The notes: a model not told the origin generated them from the sequence alone. Shown: positions 41,464 through 52,146, numbered from the stretch's first letter. The stretch: DNA of 64,000 bases from an uncultured delta proteobacterium (GCA_963841435.1 CAWJCS010000003.1:992001-1056000); one strand, 5' to 3'. Translations and numbers: made by a program.

Positions 41464-41645
41464 GAGCGAGCCAGAGGGCGCCGGACAGGCGTCCGGCCTC
41501 GGACGAACGCGCTGTCCCCATCGAGCGAGGCGTGCGGCGAAGCGCGGGGAGACAAGCGACGAAAGAGCGGGAAATGGGCGGCAGTCGCCGCTCTCTGCGA
41601 GCCCGGCACGCCGCCTGCGAGGCGAAGGGACTCGAGAGGTCAATC

Positions 41646-42056
41646 ATGGACATTCGAATCTTCCCCAAGAACGAGCTCCCCATCGCGCTCGGCACCGTGC
41701 GAGCCACCGACTCCCTGCCGACGCGCGACCAGGACCGCTTCCTCCGCGCGCTGTCTCGGCTACACGGGCAGGACATCGATCCGCGCACGCTGCCGGCGCC
41801 GAGCACCCCCGAGGTCGCCCTCGCCATCCAGAATCCACACCGGCGCAAGCGGCTCGTGGAGCTCGCCATCGTGATGAGCATGATCGGGCGCTTCCCGGCG
41901 GTCGCGGAGCGCTACCGCGCACTCGGCTCGCTGCCTCGAGGCAGCTTCGGGCGCGCCTATTACGAGCACTGTCGCTCGCGCAACTTCCCATTTCCGGGCG
42001 AGGCGAGCGGGATCCCCATCCCGCCGCTCGGATCGCCCGGCCAGCGCGCGGCGTGA
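41646..42056 (+). pseudogene. Probable truncated or internally deleted Coq4-like protein
   Basis: GAGAGG SD and ATG. Contains RYRALGSLPRGSFGRAYYEH...FPFPGE but ends before the HDxxH metal motif expected in Coq4-like proteins. Confidence 0.5.
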
Positions 42057-42148
42057 AGGACCGGGCGCCTCCGATCGGGCCGCGCTCACCCGGGCTTTCG
42101 GGTCGCTCGACGCCGTTGCTTGCCCTCGCCTATTGTCCGCCTTCCGCC

Positions 42149-42544
42149 ATGCCGCGCGCGTTTTTGCTCGGGCTCCTCGCGGTGCTCGCCTGCAGCCCGA
42201 TCACACGCCTGCCGCCGCGTGGTCCGCATCCCGCGCACGTGCAGGAGTTTTTGTCCGTGCCGTATCCGCCGCCACCTGCCGAGGTGGAGGAGATGAGCTA
42301 CCGGCACGACGACGACGACTGCGTGTGGATCGACGGCTACTACGCCTGGAACGGTCGCTGGGTGTGGCAGCGTGGAAAGTGGGTGCTGCCGCCCGCCGAT
42401 TGCTACTACGCGCCGTCCGTCGTCGCGTGGTCGAGGACCGCGGAGCCACGGCTCTACTTCACGCCGCCGCGCTGGTTCAAGAACGACGCCATCGCGCTGA
42501 GCGAAAGCCAGGCGGTGTGCCCCGCGCCCAAGGCATGCCGGTAG
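42149..42544 (+). CDS. YXWGXW-repeat lipoprotein
   Basis: VLAC lipobox, PYPPPPA, VWIDGYYAWNGRWVWQRGKW. Confidence 0.78.
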   Translation: MPRAFLLGLLAVLACSPITRLPPRGPHPAHVQEFLSVPYPPPPAEVEEMSYRHDDDDCVWIDGYYAWNGRWVWQRGKWVLPPADCYYAPSVVAWSRTAEPRLYFTPPRWFKNDAIALSESQAVCPAPKACR

Positions 42545-42672
42545 AGATCGATTCGCTGAGCTCCGTCGGGCGGCAGGCGCCAGGCGCACGCGAACCGACG
42601 AGCCGTGGCCGTTCGCGGGCTTGGCGCGAGCAGCGGCGAGCGCGCGCGTGCTCTGCTAAGGTCCGGCCCTCC

Positions 42673-44058
42673 ATGACTTTCGTATCCCACGTCTTTCGCG
42701 AGTACGACGTGCGCGGCGTGGCGGACCGTGACCTCACCGACGCGTTCGCCGAACGCATGGGTCGCGGCCTCGCCGAGCTGCTTCGACCGGACGGCGCGAC
42801 TCGCCCTCCACGCATCGCCGTCGGGCGCGATTGCCGCCTCTCTGGGCCTCGCCTGTTCGAGGCGCTCGCACGCGGCCTGATCGCGGGCGGCGCGAACGTC
42901 GTCAACGTGGGGGTGGGCCCCACGCCCAAGCTCTACTTCTCCGTCCATCACCTCGACGCCGACGGCGGCATCATGATCACGGGCAGCCACAACCCGGCCG
43001 AGGACAACGGCTTCAAGATCATGCGCGGCAAGGCGAGCTTCTTCGGCGACGCCATCCAGAAGCTCAGGACCCTGGTCGAAGGCCCGGCGCAGCCCACCGT
43101 TCCCGGCGGCTCGCTCGGCACCGAGGACATCGACGACGCGTACGTCGCGAGGCTCGTCTCCGACATCGCGCCCGGCCCGCGCGATTTCGAGATCGTCGTC
43201 AACGCCGGCAACGGCGCCGGTGGGCCGCTCGGGATCCGCGCGCTTCGCGCAGCAGGATTTTCGCCCGTTGCGCTCTTCTGCGACATGGATGGTCGCTTCC
43301 CGAACCACCATCCAGATCCGACGGTGCCGAAGAATCTGGAGACGCTCATTGCGCGCGTGCGCTCCGAGGGTGCGCGCGTCGGCATCGCGTGGGACGGCGA
43401 CGCGGACCGCCTGGGCGTCGTCGACGCGACGGGAGAAATCGTCTGGGGCGATCGGCTGCTCGCGCTGTTCGCGCGCGGCATCCTCGCGAAGAGTCCGGGA
43501 AGGGCCGTGATTGCCGACGTTAAGTGCTCGCAGGCGCTGTTCGACGACGTCGCGAAGCACGGCGGGCGCCCCATCATGTGGAAGACGGGACACTCGCTGA
43601 TCAAGACCAAGATGAAGGAGGAGCACGCGGCCGTCGCGGGCGAGATGAGCGGTCATTTCTTCTTCGCAGACCGCTATTTCGGCTACGACGACGCGCTCTA
43701 CGCCACGTTGCGGCTGCTCGAGCAGCTCGCGAGCAGCGGCCTCACCGTGCTCGAGGAGCTCGCCGACCTGCCGCCGTCGTTCTCGACGCCGGAGCTTCGC
43801 GTCGACTGCCCGGATGCGCTCAAGTTCGAGGTCGTCGAGCGCGTGCGCACGGCACTCGCCGACCGCGGGGAAACCAACACGCTCGACGGTGTGCGCGTGA
43901 AGTATCCGGACGGCGCCTGGTCGCTCGTGCGCGCCTCGAATACCGGTCCCGTGATCGTGCTGCGCTTCGAGGCGCCGAGCGAGGCCCGGCTCGCGGCGAT
44001 CCGGAACAACGTCGAGAGCGTCGTCGAAAAGGCGCGCGCGGCCAGCGGAGCGAAGTGA
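42673..44058 (+). CDS. Phosphomannomutase/phosphoglucomutase
   Basis: FREYDVRG, TGSHNP, FPNHHPDP, DGDADR, GEMSGH, VRASNT. Confidence 0.95.
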   Translation: MTFVSHVFREYDVRGVADRDLTDAFAERMGRGLAELLRPDGATRPPRIAVGRDCRLSGPRLFEALARGLIAGGANVVNVGVGPTPKLYFSVHHLDADGGIMITGSHNPAEDNGFKIMRGKASFFGDAIQKLRTLVEGPAQPTVPGGSLGTEDIDDAYVARLVSDIAPGPRDFEIVVNAGNGAGGPLGIRALRAAGFSPVALFCDMDGRFPNHHPDPTVPKNLETLIARVRSEGARVGIAWDGDADRLGVVDATGEIVWGDRLLALFARGILAKSPGRAVIADVKCSQALFDDVAKHGGRPIMWKTGHSLIKTKMKEEHAAVAGEMSGHFFFADRYFGYDDALYATLRLLEQLASSGLTVLEELADLPPSFSTPELRVDCPDALKFEVVERVRTALADRGETNTLDGVRVKYPDGAWSLVRASNTGPVIVLRFEAPSEARLAAIRNNVESVVEKARAASGAK

Positions 44059-44915
44059 GCGACCCCTGGACGATCGGCCGCGTGTTGCGCTGGGCCGCGG
44101 AGGACTTCGGCAAGCGCGGTAGCCCGAGCCCGCGGCTCGACGCCGAGCTGCTCCTCGCGCACGCGCTCGGAACCGACCGCGTGCGGCTCGTGATCGATGC
44201 CGACCGCGAGCTCGATACCCCGGAGCTCACGGCATATCGCGAGCTCATCGCGCGGCGGCGCAGCGGCGAGCCCGTGGCGTACATCCGGGGCACGCGCGAA
44301 TTCTTCGGGCTCGAGCTGGTCGTCGATCCGCGCGCGCTCGTGCCGCGACCCGACACCGAGACGCTCGTCGAGGTCGCGCTCGAGCGGACACGGCAACGCT
44401 CCGAATACGGCCGGGCACTCGATCTATGCACGGGCAGCGGCTGCGTCGCCATCGCCTTCGCGAAGACGCGGCCCACCTGGCGCGTCACCGCGACCGACGT
44501 GTCGGCCGAGGCCGTCGCGCTCGCCTGGGAAAACGCGCGCCGCCAGGGCGTCGCCTTCTCGCTCGCCACGCGAGTGGGCGACCTGTTCGCACCCGTCGAG
44601 GGCTCACGCTTCGAGCTCGTCGTCGCCAACCCGCCGTACATCCCGAGCCGTGCCATCGGGGGCCTCAACGTCGACGTGCGCGACTTCGAGCCGCGCGCGG
44701 CGCTCGACGGCGGCGACGACGGCCTCGAGCTGGTACGCGCCGTGGTCGAGCGCGCGCCGCGTCACCTCGAGCCCGGCGGCGTGCTCGCCATCGAGGTCGG
44801 CCACGACCAGGCGGTGCGCGCCGAAGCGCTGTTCCACGCCGCGGGCTTTTCGGCCATCGAGCGGCGGCGCGACTACGGCGGGCACGAGCGTGTCGTGAGC
44901 GGCCGTCTCGACTGA
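44055..44915 (+). CDS. prmC: Release factor glutamine methyltransferase
   Basis: RLDAELLL, EPVAYI.G, LVPRPDTE, DLCTGSG, NPPY, ALDGG.DGL. GTGA coupling. Confidence 0.95.
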   Translation: MSDPWTIGRVLRWAAEDFGKRGSPSPRLDAELLLAHALGTDRVRLVIDADRELDTPELTAYRELIARRRSGEPVAYIRGTREFFGLELVVDPRALVPRPDTETLVEVALERTRQRSEYGRALDLCTGSGCVAIAFAKTRPTWRVTATDVSAEAVALAWENARRQGVAFSLATRVGDLFAPVEGSRFELVVANPPYIPSRAIGGLNVDVRDFEPRAALDGGDDGLELVRAVVERAPRHLEPGGVLAIEVGHDQAVRAEALFHAAGFSAIERRRDYGGHERVVSGRLD

Positions 44916-45054
44916 CGGCGAGCGTCCCGCGCCCGGTCGAGGAATCTGGCCCGCGATGCTCAGCGGCGCCCTGGCGGCCGTGAGCGAATCTTCGACCGAC
45001 GAGGCGCGCGGAAACTTGGCCCGGCCTCGAGCCCCATGACAGGCCGGAACGACC

Positions 45055-46416
45055 ATGGACGCGGTTTTTTCTCACCGCCACCTGGTCGCCGTCGTGGTGC
45101 TTGCTCTCGGCGCGACCGCTTGCGCCAACGCGAACAAGGACGGCATCTCTCTGTCCAAGCAGGCAACGGCCGAGATCCCGAAGGTGCCCGTGCCCTCGGA
45201 GAACGGCCCGCACCTCGCCTCCGTCGCCGACCGCACGCCGGTCTTCGATCGCCCCGGCGCCGGCGCGCACGAGCTCGGCTACCTGCACGCAGGCGGGCGC
45301 GTCGCGCGGGCCCAGGAGCCTTTCTCGAAGGACGGCTGCGCTGAAGGGTGGTTCCCCGTGCGACCCGCAGGCTTCGTCTGCGCGGGTGGCAGCGCAACGA
45401 CCGATCTCCGGCACCCGACGCTCGCCGCGATGGCGATCCAGCCGCTCTTCGATCAGCCCCTTCCCTACACCTACGCGCGCACCATCGCGGACACGCCGCT
45501 GTACGAGCGACGCGCGGGCGAGCAAGGGCGCGTGCAGGAGGTCGGCAAGCTCAAGAGCCGCGCGGGAATGGCCGTGGTCGGGAGCTGGAGCGCCCAGGTG
45601 CCCGAGGGTGGCACGGAGCGCCTCGCGCTGCTCACGAGCGGCAAGTTCGTCAAGGCCTCGGACCTCGAAGCCGCGTCGCCTTCCGATTTCGCGGGCATCG
45701 AGCTCAGCGAGAAGAAAGAGCTCCCGGTCGCCTTCGTCGTCAAGCGCGGCGTGCGCACGTTCACGCTCAATCGTGACGTCGCCAAGCAGGCAGCCGAGCT
45801 CGACGTGCATCAGAAGATCGATCTGACGGGGCGCTACCGCACCGTGCACGGCGAAAAGCTCTGGGCGCTCTCGAACGACCAGTGGGTGCGCTATCGCAAC
45901 GTCACCGTCGTGCTCGCTCGCAGCACGTTCCCCGACTTCGCGACGGACGGCCAGAAATGGCTCGACGTGAGCCTCGTCATGGGAACGCTCGTCGCCTACG
46001 AAGGCAAGCGGCCGTTCTTCGTGACCCTCGTGAGCGTGGGTCGCACGGCGCCGGGGGCCGAGAACGCGGGGGGCGATGCGCCCATCACGGGCGCGCCCTC
46101 GGCCGCATGGGGGCTCGGCACGTTCGAGGTGAAGCGCAAGGAAGTGACGCTGGTGGGCGCCGACCCGTTCATGGCGCGTGAGGGCTACGAGCTTTACGAC
46201 CTTCCCTGGGCCTTCGAGCTTTCGTCGGGACGCATGGGCTACGCCGCGTACTGGCACGAGCGCTTCGGCGTCGAGCACGGCCCGGGCAGCCTCGAGCTCT
46301 CTCCCGCGGACGCCGTGCGCCTCTGGCAGTGGATGACGCCGAACGTCCCCGAAGGCTGGCACGGCAAGACCCTCGCCGAAAAAGAGCCGAAGACGCTCGT
46401 CGTCTTGCGCAAGTAG
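45055..46416 (+). CDS. L,D-transpeptidase (YkuD)-like lipoprotein with substituted catalytic residues
   Basis: ATAC lipobox; WLDVSL..GTLVAYEG.RP.FVTLVS.G, AYWH..FG, LSPADA..LW.W. The HGC motif reads PGS. Confidence 0.8.
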   Translation: MDAVFSHRHLVAVVVLALGATACANANKDGISLSKQATAEIPKVPVPSENGPHLASVADRTPVFDRPGAGAHELGYLHAGGRVARAQEPFSKDGCAEGWFPVRPAGFVCAGGSATTDLRHPTLAAMAIQPLFDQPLPYTYARTIADTPLYERRAGEQGRVQEVGKLKSRAGMAVVGSWSAQVPEGGTERLALLTSGKFVKASDLEAASPSDFAGIELSEKKELPVAFVVKRGVRTFTLNRDVAKQAAELDVHQKIDLTGRYRTVHGEKLWALSNDQWVRYRNVTVVLARSTFPDFATDGQKWLDVSLVMGTLVAYEGKRPFFVTLVSVGRTAPGAENAGGDAPITGAPSAAWGLGTFEVKRKEVTLVGADPFMAREGYELYDLPWAFELSSGRMGYAAYWHERFGVEHGPGSLELSPADAVRLWQWMTPNVPEGWHGKTLAEKEPKTLVVLRK

Positions 46417-46445
46417 CTCCCCCGCTCGAGTCGGCCGCGACGCTG

Positions 46446-47615
46446 CTAGGGAATGCTCTTGGCCGCGAGCGCGCTCATCCACGCGTCGGCCACCATGCCG
46501 CTGCCGGCCGCGTTCGGGTGCACGCCGTCCCCCGTGAGCGCGGAGCTCGGCACGTAGGCGCTCGCGTTGCCAATCGACCCGTAGATGTCGACGACGTAGA
46601 TGGGCGACGCGCCGGTCGAAAGCCCCGTGGCCCAGCCCGGAATCGCGGCATTGAGCTCCTGGACCCGCGAGTCCGGGCAACCGCTCGCGCTGCCCATACA
46701 GCCATCGGGATGCATGGGCAGGATCTGCGCCGCGAAGATGATGGCGCTCGGGTTCGCGCCGCGGATGGCGGTCACGATCTTGGTGAGGGCACCCGTGATC
46801 GTGGCGATGGGGATGTCGCTCGTCCACGCATCGTTGGTGCCGAGATGCATGAGCACGACGTCGGGCTTGGGGCTCGCCGCCATCCACGTCGTAAGCTCGC
46901 TCGGCGAGCCCTTGCCGCTGCAGCTCGAGGCCGCGCGGTCGCCGGTGATGCACGTCGCGAGGTACCCGCCGTGACCCTCGCTCTTGACGTTCGGCGCGTT
47001 GGTGATCGCGCCGTCGGTGCAGCTCTGGTTGTTCGTGACGGTGCCGACGAACGCGAACGTCGTCTTGCCGGCATTCTTGAGCTTTTGCGAGAGAAGCTGC
47101 GGGTAGCAAGTCGTGCCCGTGATCGAGTCGCCGAGCGGCATGATGTTCCAGGTGCCCGTGTGCGAGCTACCGCCCGTACCGCCGCCGCCCGTGCCGGCGC
47201 CGCCCGCACCCGAGCTGCCGCTCGTGCCACCCTGACCCGCACCCGACGCACCACCGCTGCCGGCACCTCCCGCGCCGACGCCCCCGCCGCTCGTTCCACC
47301 TGCGCCCGCACCGGACACGCCGCCCGCGCCGCTTCCCGCACTGCCGCCCACGGCCCCGCCAGAGCCGCCCCCCGCGAGCCCCGTGCCCGCGTTGCCACCT
47401 TGGAGCGCTCCGGCGCTCCCACCGGTCCCGCTGGACCCACCCGAAGCAGACCCGCCCGCGGCCGCTCCGCCCACGCCAGCCGCCGCACCAGCCGCCTGGC
47501 CCGCGCTGCCGCCGCTCGCCCCGACTCCCTGGTTCGAGGAGGGATCTTGAGAGTTACTGCACGCGTAGGCGAGGAGCGCGCAGAGCGCGAGCGAAGAAGA
47601 AGCGTTCGGATGCAT
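46446..47615 (-). CDS. SGNH/GDSL hydrolase lipoprotein (CE3-like) with a Gly/Ser linker
   Basis: AYAC lipobox; IMPLGDSIT, EGHGG, HLGTND, DGVHPN. Confidence 0.88.
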   Translation of the reverse strand: MHPNASSSLALCALLAYACSNSQDPSSNQGVGASGGSAGQAAGAAAGVGGAAAGGSASGGSSGTGGSAGALQGGNAGTGLAGGGSGGAVGGSAGSGAGGVSGAGAGGTSGGGVGAGGAGSGGASGAGQGGTSGSSGAGGAGTGGGGTGGSSHTGTWNIMPLGDSITGTTCYPQLLSQKLKNAGKTTFAFVGTVTNNQSCTDGAITNAPNVKSEGHGGYLATCITGDRAASSCSGKGSPSELTTWMAASPKPDVVLMHLGTNDAWTSDIPIATITGALTKIVTAIRGANPSAIIFAAQILPMHPDGCMGSASGCPDSRVQELNAAIPGWATGLSTGASPIYVVDIYGSIGNASAYVPSSALTGDGVHPNAAGSGMVADAWMSALAAKSIP

Positions 47616-47755
47616 CGGCGAAAGCGCGCTCAGCGTGCCACGGATCGCGCCCCGCAGGTAGGCGCTCGACTGCCGGGCTCGTACCCGGCTTGCGCGTGTC
47701 TTGCGCGTGTCCGCGCGGCAGCCCTGCCGTCACCGCCGACGTGGTCGGTAACCGC

Positions 47756-48619
47756 TCACTCTTTTCTGAGGCGGTCCAAGATGTGTCGCGACGCGAGCGA
47801 GCGATTCAAAGTGTAAAAGTGCACACCGGGGGCACCGCCCGCGACGAGCCCACGGCACTGCTCGGTGGCGTGCTCGACTCCAATCGCGCGGACCGCCTCG
47901 GGGTCGACGGCGGCCGCCTCGAGCCGCGTGAGCAAGCCAGCGGGGATGCGCGCCGCCGAGAGGCTCGTGATGCGCTTGATTTGCGCCAGATTGGTGATCG
48001 GCATGATGCCCGCGATGATGGGCACCGCAATGCCGACTTTGCGCGCCCGCTCGACGAAACGAAAGTAGTCCGCGTTATCGTAAAATAGCTGCGTGATCAG
48101 AAAGTCGACGCCCGCGTCAACCTTGGCCTTGAGGTGCCGAAGGTCGGTTTCCAGATCGGACGCCTCCTGGTGCTTTTCGGGATAGCAGGCCGCGGCGAGG
48201 CAAAAATCATAGCGGGCCCGGATGAAGGCCACGAGCTCCGACGCGCTCCCGAATCCTCCTTCGTGACGGACGAAGCTCGTCGCGCCGCGCGGCGGATCAC
48301 CGCGGAGCGCGATCACGTTCTCGATGCCGGAGGCCGCGAGCTCGTCGAGCACGCTCGCGATCTCCTCGCGCGTCGCGCCCACGCACGTGAGGTGCGCCAT
48401 CGCCTCGATGCCCGCCTCGCGCTTGATGCGGCGGACGAGATCCACCGTGAGTCGCCGCGTGCTGCCCCCCGCGCCGTAGGTCACGGAAACGTAGGCGGGC
48501 GCATAGCCGCGAAGCTCCGCGATGGTCTCGAAAAGGCGCTCGACCCCCTCCGCGTCCTTCGGCGGAAAGAACTCGAAGGAGAAGAGCGGCTCTCCGCCCA
48601 GGCGCTCGGCGATTCTCAT
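47756..48619 (-). CDS. metF: 5,10-methylenetetrahydrofolate reductase
   Basis: SFEFFPPK, SVTYGAGG, AHLTC, ALRGDPP, YPEKH, ITQLF, HFYTLN. Confidence 0.97.
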   Translation of the reverse strand: MRIAERLGGEPLFSFEFFPPKDAEGVERLFETIAELRGYAPAYVSVTYGAGGSTRRLTVDLVRRIKREAGIEAMAHLTCVGATREEIASVLDELAASGIENVIALRGDPPRGATSFVRHEGGFGSASELVAFIRARYDFCLAAACYPEKHQEASDLETDLRHLKAKVDAGVDFLITQLFYDNADYFRFVERARKVGIAVPIIAGIMPITNLAQIKRITSLSAARIPAGLLTRLEAAAVDPEAVRAIGVEHATEQCRGLVAGGAPGVHFYTLNRSLASRHILDRLRKE

Positions 48620-48698
48620 GCAACCGCGAAGCTAGCAGCCCCCTCGGGTCGCGGCCAAATGGGCGCGCGCCCGTGCTAAGTTCCACTCGCTCCGAGCC

Positions 48699-50171
48699 AT
48701 GCACATTCACGTCGTTGCGGTCGCGGGAACGGGCATGGGGGCACTCGCGGGCCTGTTGCGCGAGCTCGGCCACGACGTCTCGGGCAGTGACGTGGCGTTC
48801 GATCCGCCCATGGGGCCCGCGCTCGAAGCCTGGGGCATCCGCTGCCTCACGGGCTTTCGACCGGAGCACCTCGAGCCTCGGCCGGATCTCGTGATCATCG
48901 GCAACGTGTGCCGCGCGGACAATCCCGAAGCGCGCGCGGCGATCGACGGCGGCCTTCCCTACACGCACATCGCGGGCGCTCTCGGGCGCTTCGCGCTTGC
49001 TCAGGCCTCGCCGCTCGTCGTCGCCGGAACCCATGGCAAGACGACCACGACGGCGCTCGCGGCCTGGCTGCTCGATCGCACGGGCTTCGAACCGGGCTTC
49101 TTGATCGGCGGGCTTCCAAAGGGCTTCGATCGCAGCTTTCGGGCCGCGAAGACCACGCGCCGCCTCGCGTCGGCGGGGCGACCCGAGCGTCGCGCCCCGT
49201 TCGTCATCGAGGGTGACGAGTACGACACGGCGTTCTTCGAGAAGAGCGCCAAGTTTCTGCACTACGCGCCCGAGGTCGCCATCATCACGTCCATCGAACA
49301 CGACCACGTCGACATCTACCCGACGCTCGCGTCGTATCTCGACGCCTTCGAACGCTTCGTCGAGCTCGTGCCCGAGCACGGCCTCGTCATCGCCAACGCA
49401 GCAGACGAAGCCGTGGTGCGCATCGTCGAACGGCACGCCCGGGCCGAGGTCGCGTGGTTCGCGCTCGCCGGCGAGCCCACGCACGGCGTCCCACCCCATT
49501 GGCTCGCCGCGCCCGCGGGCTCCGACGAGCGCGCGCAGGCCTTCGATCTTTATGCGGGCGGCGTCGCATGCGGCCGGCTCGCGTTGCCGCTCTCCGGACG
49601 ACACAACCTCAAGAACGCGCTCGCGGCGCTCGCGGCCGCGGCGCAGGGCTTCGGCGCGCGGCTCGCCGACCTCGGCCCCGCCCTCGCGTCGTTTCAAGGC
49701 GTTCGACGCCGCCAGGATCTCATCGGCAGCCCGAACGGCGTGCTCGTCTACGACGACTTCGCCCACCACCCGACGGCCGTGCGCGAAACGCTCGCGGCGC
49801 TCAGAAGCCGGCATCCGAGCGGCCGCCTGCTCGTCGCCTTCGAGGCCCGCAGCGCCACGGCGTGTCGCCGCATGCACCAAGAGGAGTACGCAGAGAGCTT
49901 CGACGCCGCCGATGAAGTGCTGTTCCCACCGCTCGGCCGCCAGAACCTGCCGCCGGACCAAGCGCTCGATCTCGATCGCCTCGTCGCGGACCTCGCGGAC
50001 AAAGGAAAGCGCGCCCTCAGGCTGGGCTCGGTCGACGCGCTCGTGGCGCACGTCGCGGCCACCGCCCGGCCGGGTGACGTCGTGGCGCTCCTTTCGAACG
50101 GTGCGTTCGGCGGCGCTCACCAGAAGCTGCTGAGCGCGCTCGGCCGCCCCGCATCCACGACCTCGACGTGA
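48699..50171 (+). CDS. mpl: Murein peptide ligase (UDP-MurNAc:L-Ala-gamma-D-Glu-mDAP ligase)
   Basis: GTGMGALA, AGTHGKTTT, EGDEYDTAFF.K, DDFAHHPTA, LSNGAFGG.H. Confidence 0.92.
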   Translation: MHIHVVAVAGTGMGALAGLLRELGHDVSGSDVAFDPPMGPALEAWGIRCLTGFRPEHLEPRPDLVIIGNVCRADNPEARAAIDGGLPYTHIAGALGRFALAQASPLVVAGTHGKTTTTALAAWLLDRTGFEPGFLIGGLPKGFDRSFRAAKTTRRLASAGRPERRAPFVIEGDEYDTAFFEKSAKFLHYAPEVAIITSIEHDHVDIYPTLASYLDAFERFVELVPEHGLVIANAADEAVVRIVERHARAEVAWFALAGEPTHGVPPHWLAAPAGSDERAQAFDLYAGGVACGRLALPLSGRHNLKNALAALAAAAQGFGARLADLGPALASFQGVRRRQDLIGSPNGVLVYDDFAHHPTAVRETLAALRSRHPSGRLLVAFEARSATACRRMHQEEYAESFDAADEVLFPPLGRQNLPPDQALDLDRLVADLADKGKRALRLGSVDALVAHVAATARPGDVVALLSNGAFGGAHQKLLSALGRPASTTST

Positions 50172-50354
50172 GAGCTCGGGGAGGGAAGGATTTTTTTGGG
50201 TTTGGCGACCGCCGTCCGAAGAGGGCCGACGCCGGCGGGGCGCACCGTTCCACGCCCGCGGAGCTCGCGCCGCACGGCGTCATTTCGGCGCCGCTGACGA
50301 GCGTTCTGCCGACACTTGCCAAGGACGGCGAGAGTGGTGTTAGACGCGGGGACC

Positions 50355-50846
50355 ATGACCTGCCCGTGCGGCAAAGGCGAGACGCTCGAAACCTGCTGCG
50401 GCCCCTACCTCGCGGGCACCGCCGCTCCGGAAACGGCCGAAGCGCTCATGCGCGCCCGCTACACGGCGTACGCCACCGGCAACGTCGACTACGTCGTCGA
50501 GTCGCACGACCCCGATCGCCGTTCGGACGTCGATCGCAAGAACACCGAGCTCTGGTCCAAGAGCTCGGAATGGATGGGCCTCGAGATCCTCTCCACCGAG
50601 AAGGGGCAGCCCGGCGACGACACGGGCATCGTGGAGTTCATCGCGCGCTACAAGGTCAAGGGCACCAAGATCGAGCACCGCGAGCGCGCGCTCTTCCGCA
50701 AGCACGGCAGCCGCTGGGTGTTCGTCGATGGCATCGAGATCAAGGGGCCGCCCGTCGTGAACACCGAGCCCCGCGTGGGCAGAAACGACCCCTGCCCCTG
50801 TGGCAGCGGCAAGAAATACAAGAAGTGTCACGGAGCGGCGGCCTGA
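50355..50846 (+). CDS. YchJ-family protein with SEC-C motifs
   Basis: CPCG...[42 protein letters not shown]. Confidence 0.92.
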   Translation: MTCPCGKGETLETCCGPYLAGTAAPETAEALMRARYTAYATGNVDYVVESHDPDRRSDVDRKNTELWSKSSEWMGLEILSTEKGQPGDDTGIVEFIARYKVKGTKIEHRERALFRKHGSRWVFVDGIEIKGPPVVNTEPRVGRNDPCPCGSGKKYKKCHGAAA

Positions 50847-50863
50847 GCCATACTGCGCGGAGC

Positions 50864-51289
50864 ATGGCCGAGGTGAGCCTCTATCAGGAGCTCGGCGGCG
50901 AGCCGGCGCTACGGCGCGTGATCGAGCGCTTCGTGGACCGCGTCTTCGACGACACGATGATCGGTTACCTGTTTCGCAACGCCGACCGCACGCGGGTAAA
51001 GCAGAAGGAATTCGAGCACGCCGCCGAGCACCTCGGCGCAGGCATCGTTTACACGGGGCGGCCGATCGAGAGCGTGCACCGCCCCCACCAGATCCGTGGA
51101 GGCCAGTTCATGCGGCGCCTCAAGATCCTCGAGGAGACGCTCGACGAGCTCGGCACGCCACCGCGCGTGCGCGACCACTTTCTGTCCCACACCCTCTCGC
51201 TCCAGAGCCTCGTCACGGCCGATGAAGGCGGCGTGTGCGATCCCACGCTGGGGGCGCCCGGGCCCGGACGCCCGGCAGGGGCGGGATGA
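50864..51289 (+). CDS. Group I truncated hemoglobin
   Basis: SLYQELGG...RFVDRVFDD.MIGYLF, YTGRPI..VH. Confidence 0.85.
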   Translation: MAEVSLYQELGGEPALRRVIERFVDRVFDDTMIGYLFRNADRTRVKQKEFEHAAEHLGAGIVYTGRPIESVHRPHQIRGGQFMRRLKILEETLDELGTPPRVRDHFLSHTLSLQSLVTADEGGVCDPTLGAPGPGRPAGAG

Positions 51290-52140
51290 GCGTGCGCGCG
51301 TTTGGCCTTGGCCCGGCGCCGAAGCTCGCGCTGGCGCTCACACTGGGGGCCGCAGCCTGTTCGACCGCCGGCACGCGCTGGATGGAGGAGCCGCTCACGG
51401 CCGACGACGCGCCTCTGGTCGGTCCGCCCCGACAGGCCGCGCCGAGCGAGCCGGGAGGCGCGGCGCGGCGCCCACCGCCCCGGAGCGTGACGCTCGGCAG
51501 CGGCGCCGAAGAGCGCGAGGCGGCCGAGCGAGCACGAGCGGGCGAGACGATTCCGGGCGGGGGCCGCTCGCTCGGAACCTTCCGCAACACCTATTACGAC
51601 TTCCCGAGCGAGCGCGACTTCAGCGGCGAGACGGTGACGCTCTGGAATCGTGACTGCCAGGCGATCAGTAGCGTGCCGAAGGGCTTCTACGAGGCGGTGT
51701 GCGTCCAGGGCAGCGGCATGCTGCGCCGCGGCGCCACCGTGAGCTTCGCGCGGCGCGACTGCACGTGCGCCGAGACCTGTCCGCGTACGGGCCAGAAGAT
51801 CTGCTTCGACGAGCTCGATCAGCGGCAATTTCCGTGGGGCCGCGGCGCCATGGGGCAAGCCATCACGCCGCTCGTCACCGTGGCGGTCGATCCGGCCGTC
51901 ATCCCGCTCGGCACCGCGCTTTACGTGCCGGAGCTCGACGGGCTGCCGCGCGACCCCGCCGGCACGTCCGCGCACGACGGATGCTTCGTGGCGCAGGACA
52001 AGGGCCTCAAGGTCCAGGGCAAGCACCTCGACGTGTTCACGGGCGACCACTCCGTCACGACGCTCTGGAACCGCCGCGTTCCGAGCAACGCCGGCGTCAC
52101 CGTGATCGTCGATAGCCCACGCTGCTCGCGCGCGCCCTGA
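51286..52140 (+). CDS. 3D-domain (MltA-like) lipoprotein
   Basis: AAAC lipobox, NTYY, VAVDPAVIPLGT, AQDKG, HLDVFTG. Confidence 0.85.
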   Translation: MSVRAFGLGPAPKLALALTLGAAACSTAGTRWMEEPLTADDAPLVGPPRQAAPSEPGGAARRPPPRSVTLGSGAEEREAAERARAGETIPGGGRSLGTFRNTYYDFPSERDFSGETVTLWNRDCQAISSVPKGFYEAVCVQGSGMLRRGATVSFARRDCTCAETCPRTGQKICFDELDQRQFPWGRGAMGQAITPLVTVAVDPAVIPLGTALYVPELDGLPRDPAGTSAHDGCFVAQDKGLKVQGKHLDVFTGDHSVTTLWNRRVPSNAGVTVIVDSPRCSRAP

Positions 52141-52146
52141 CTCGCG

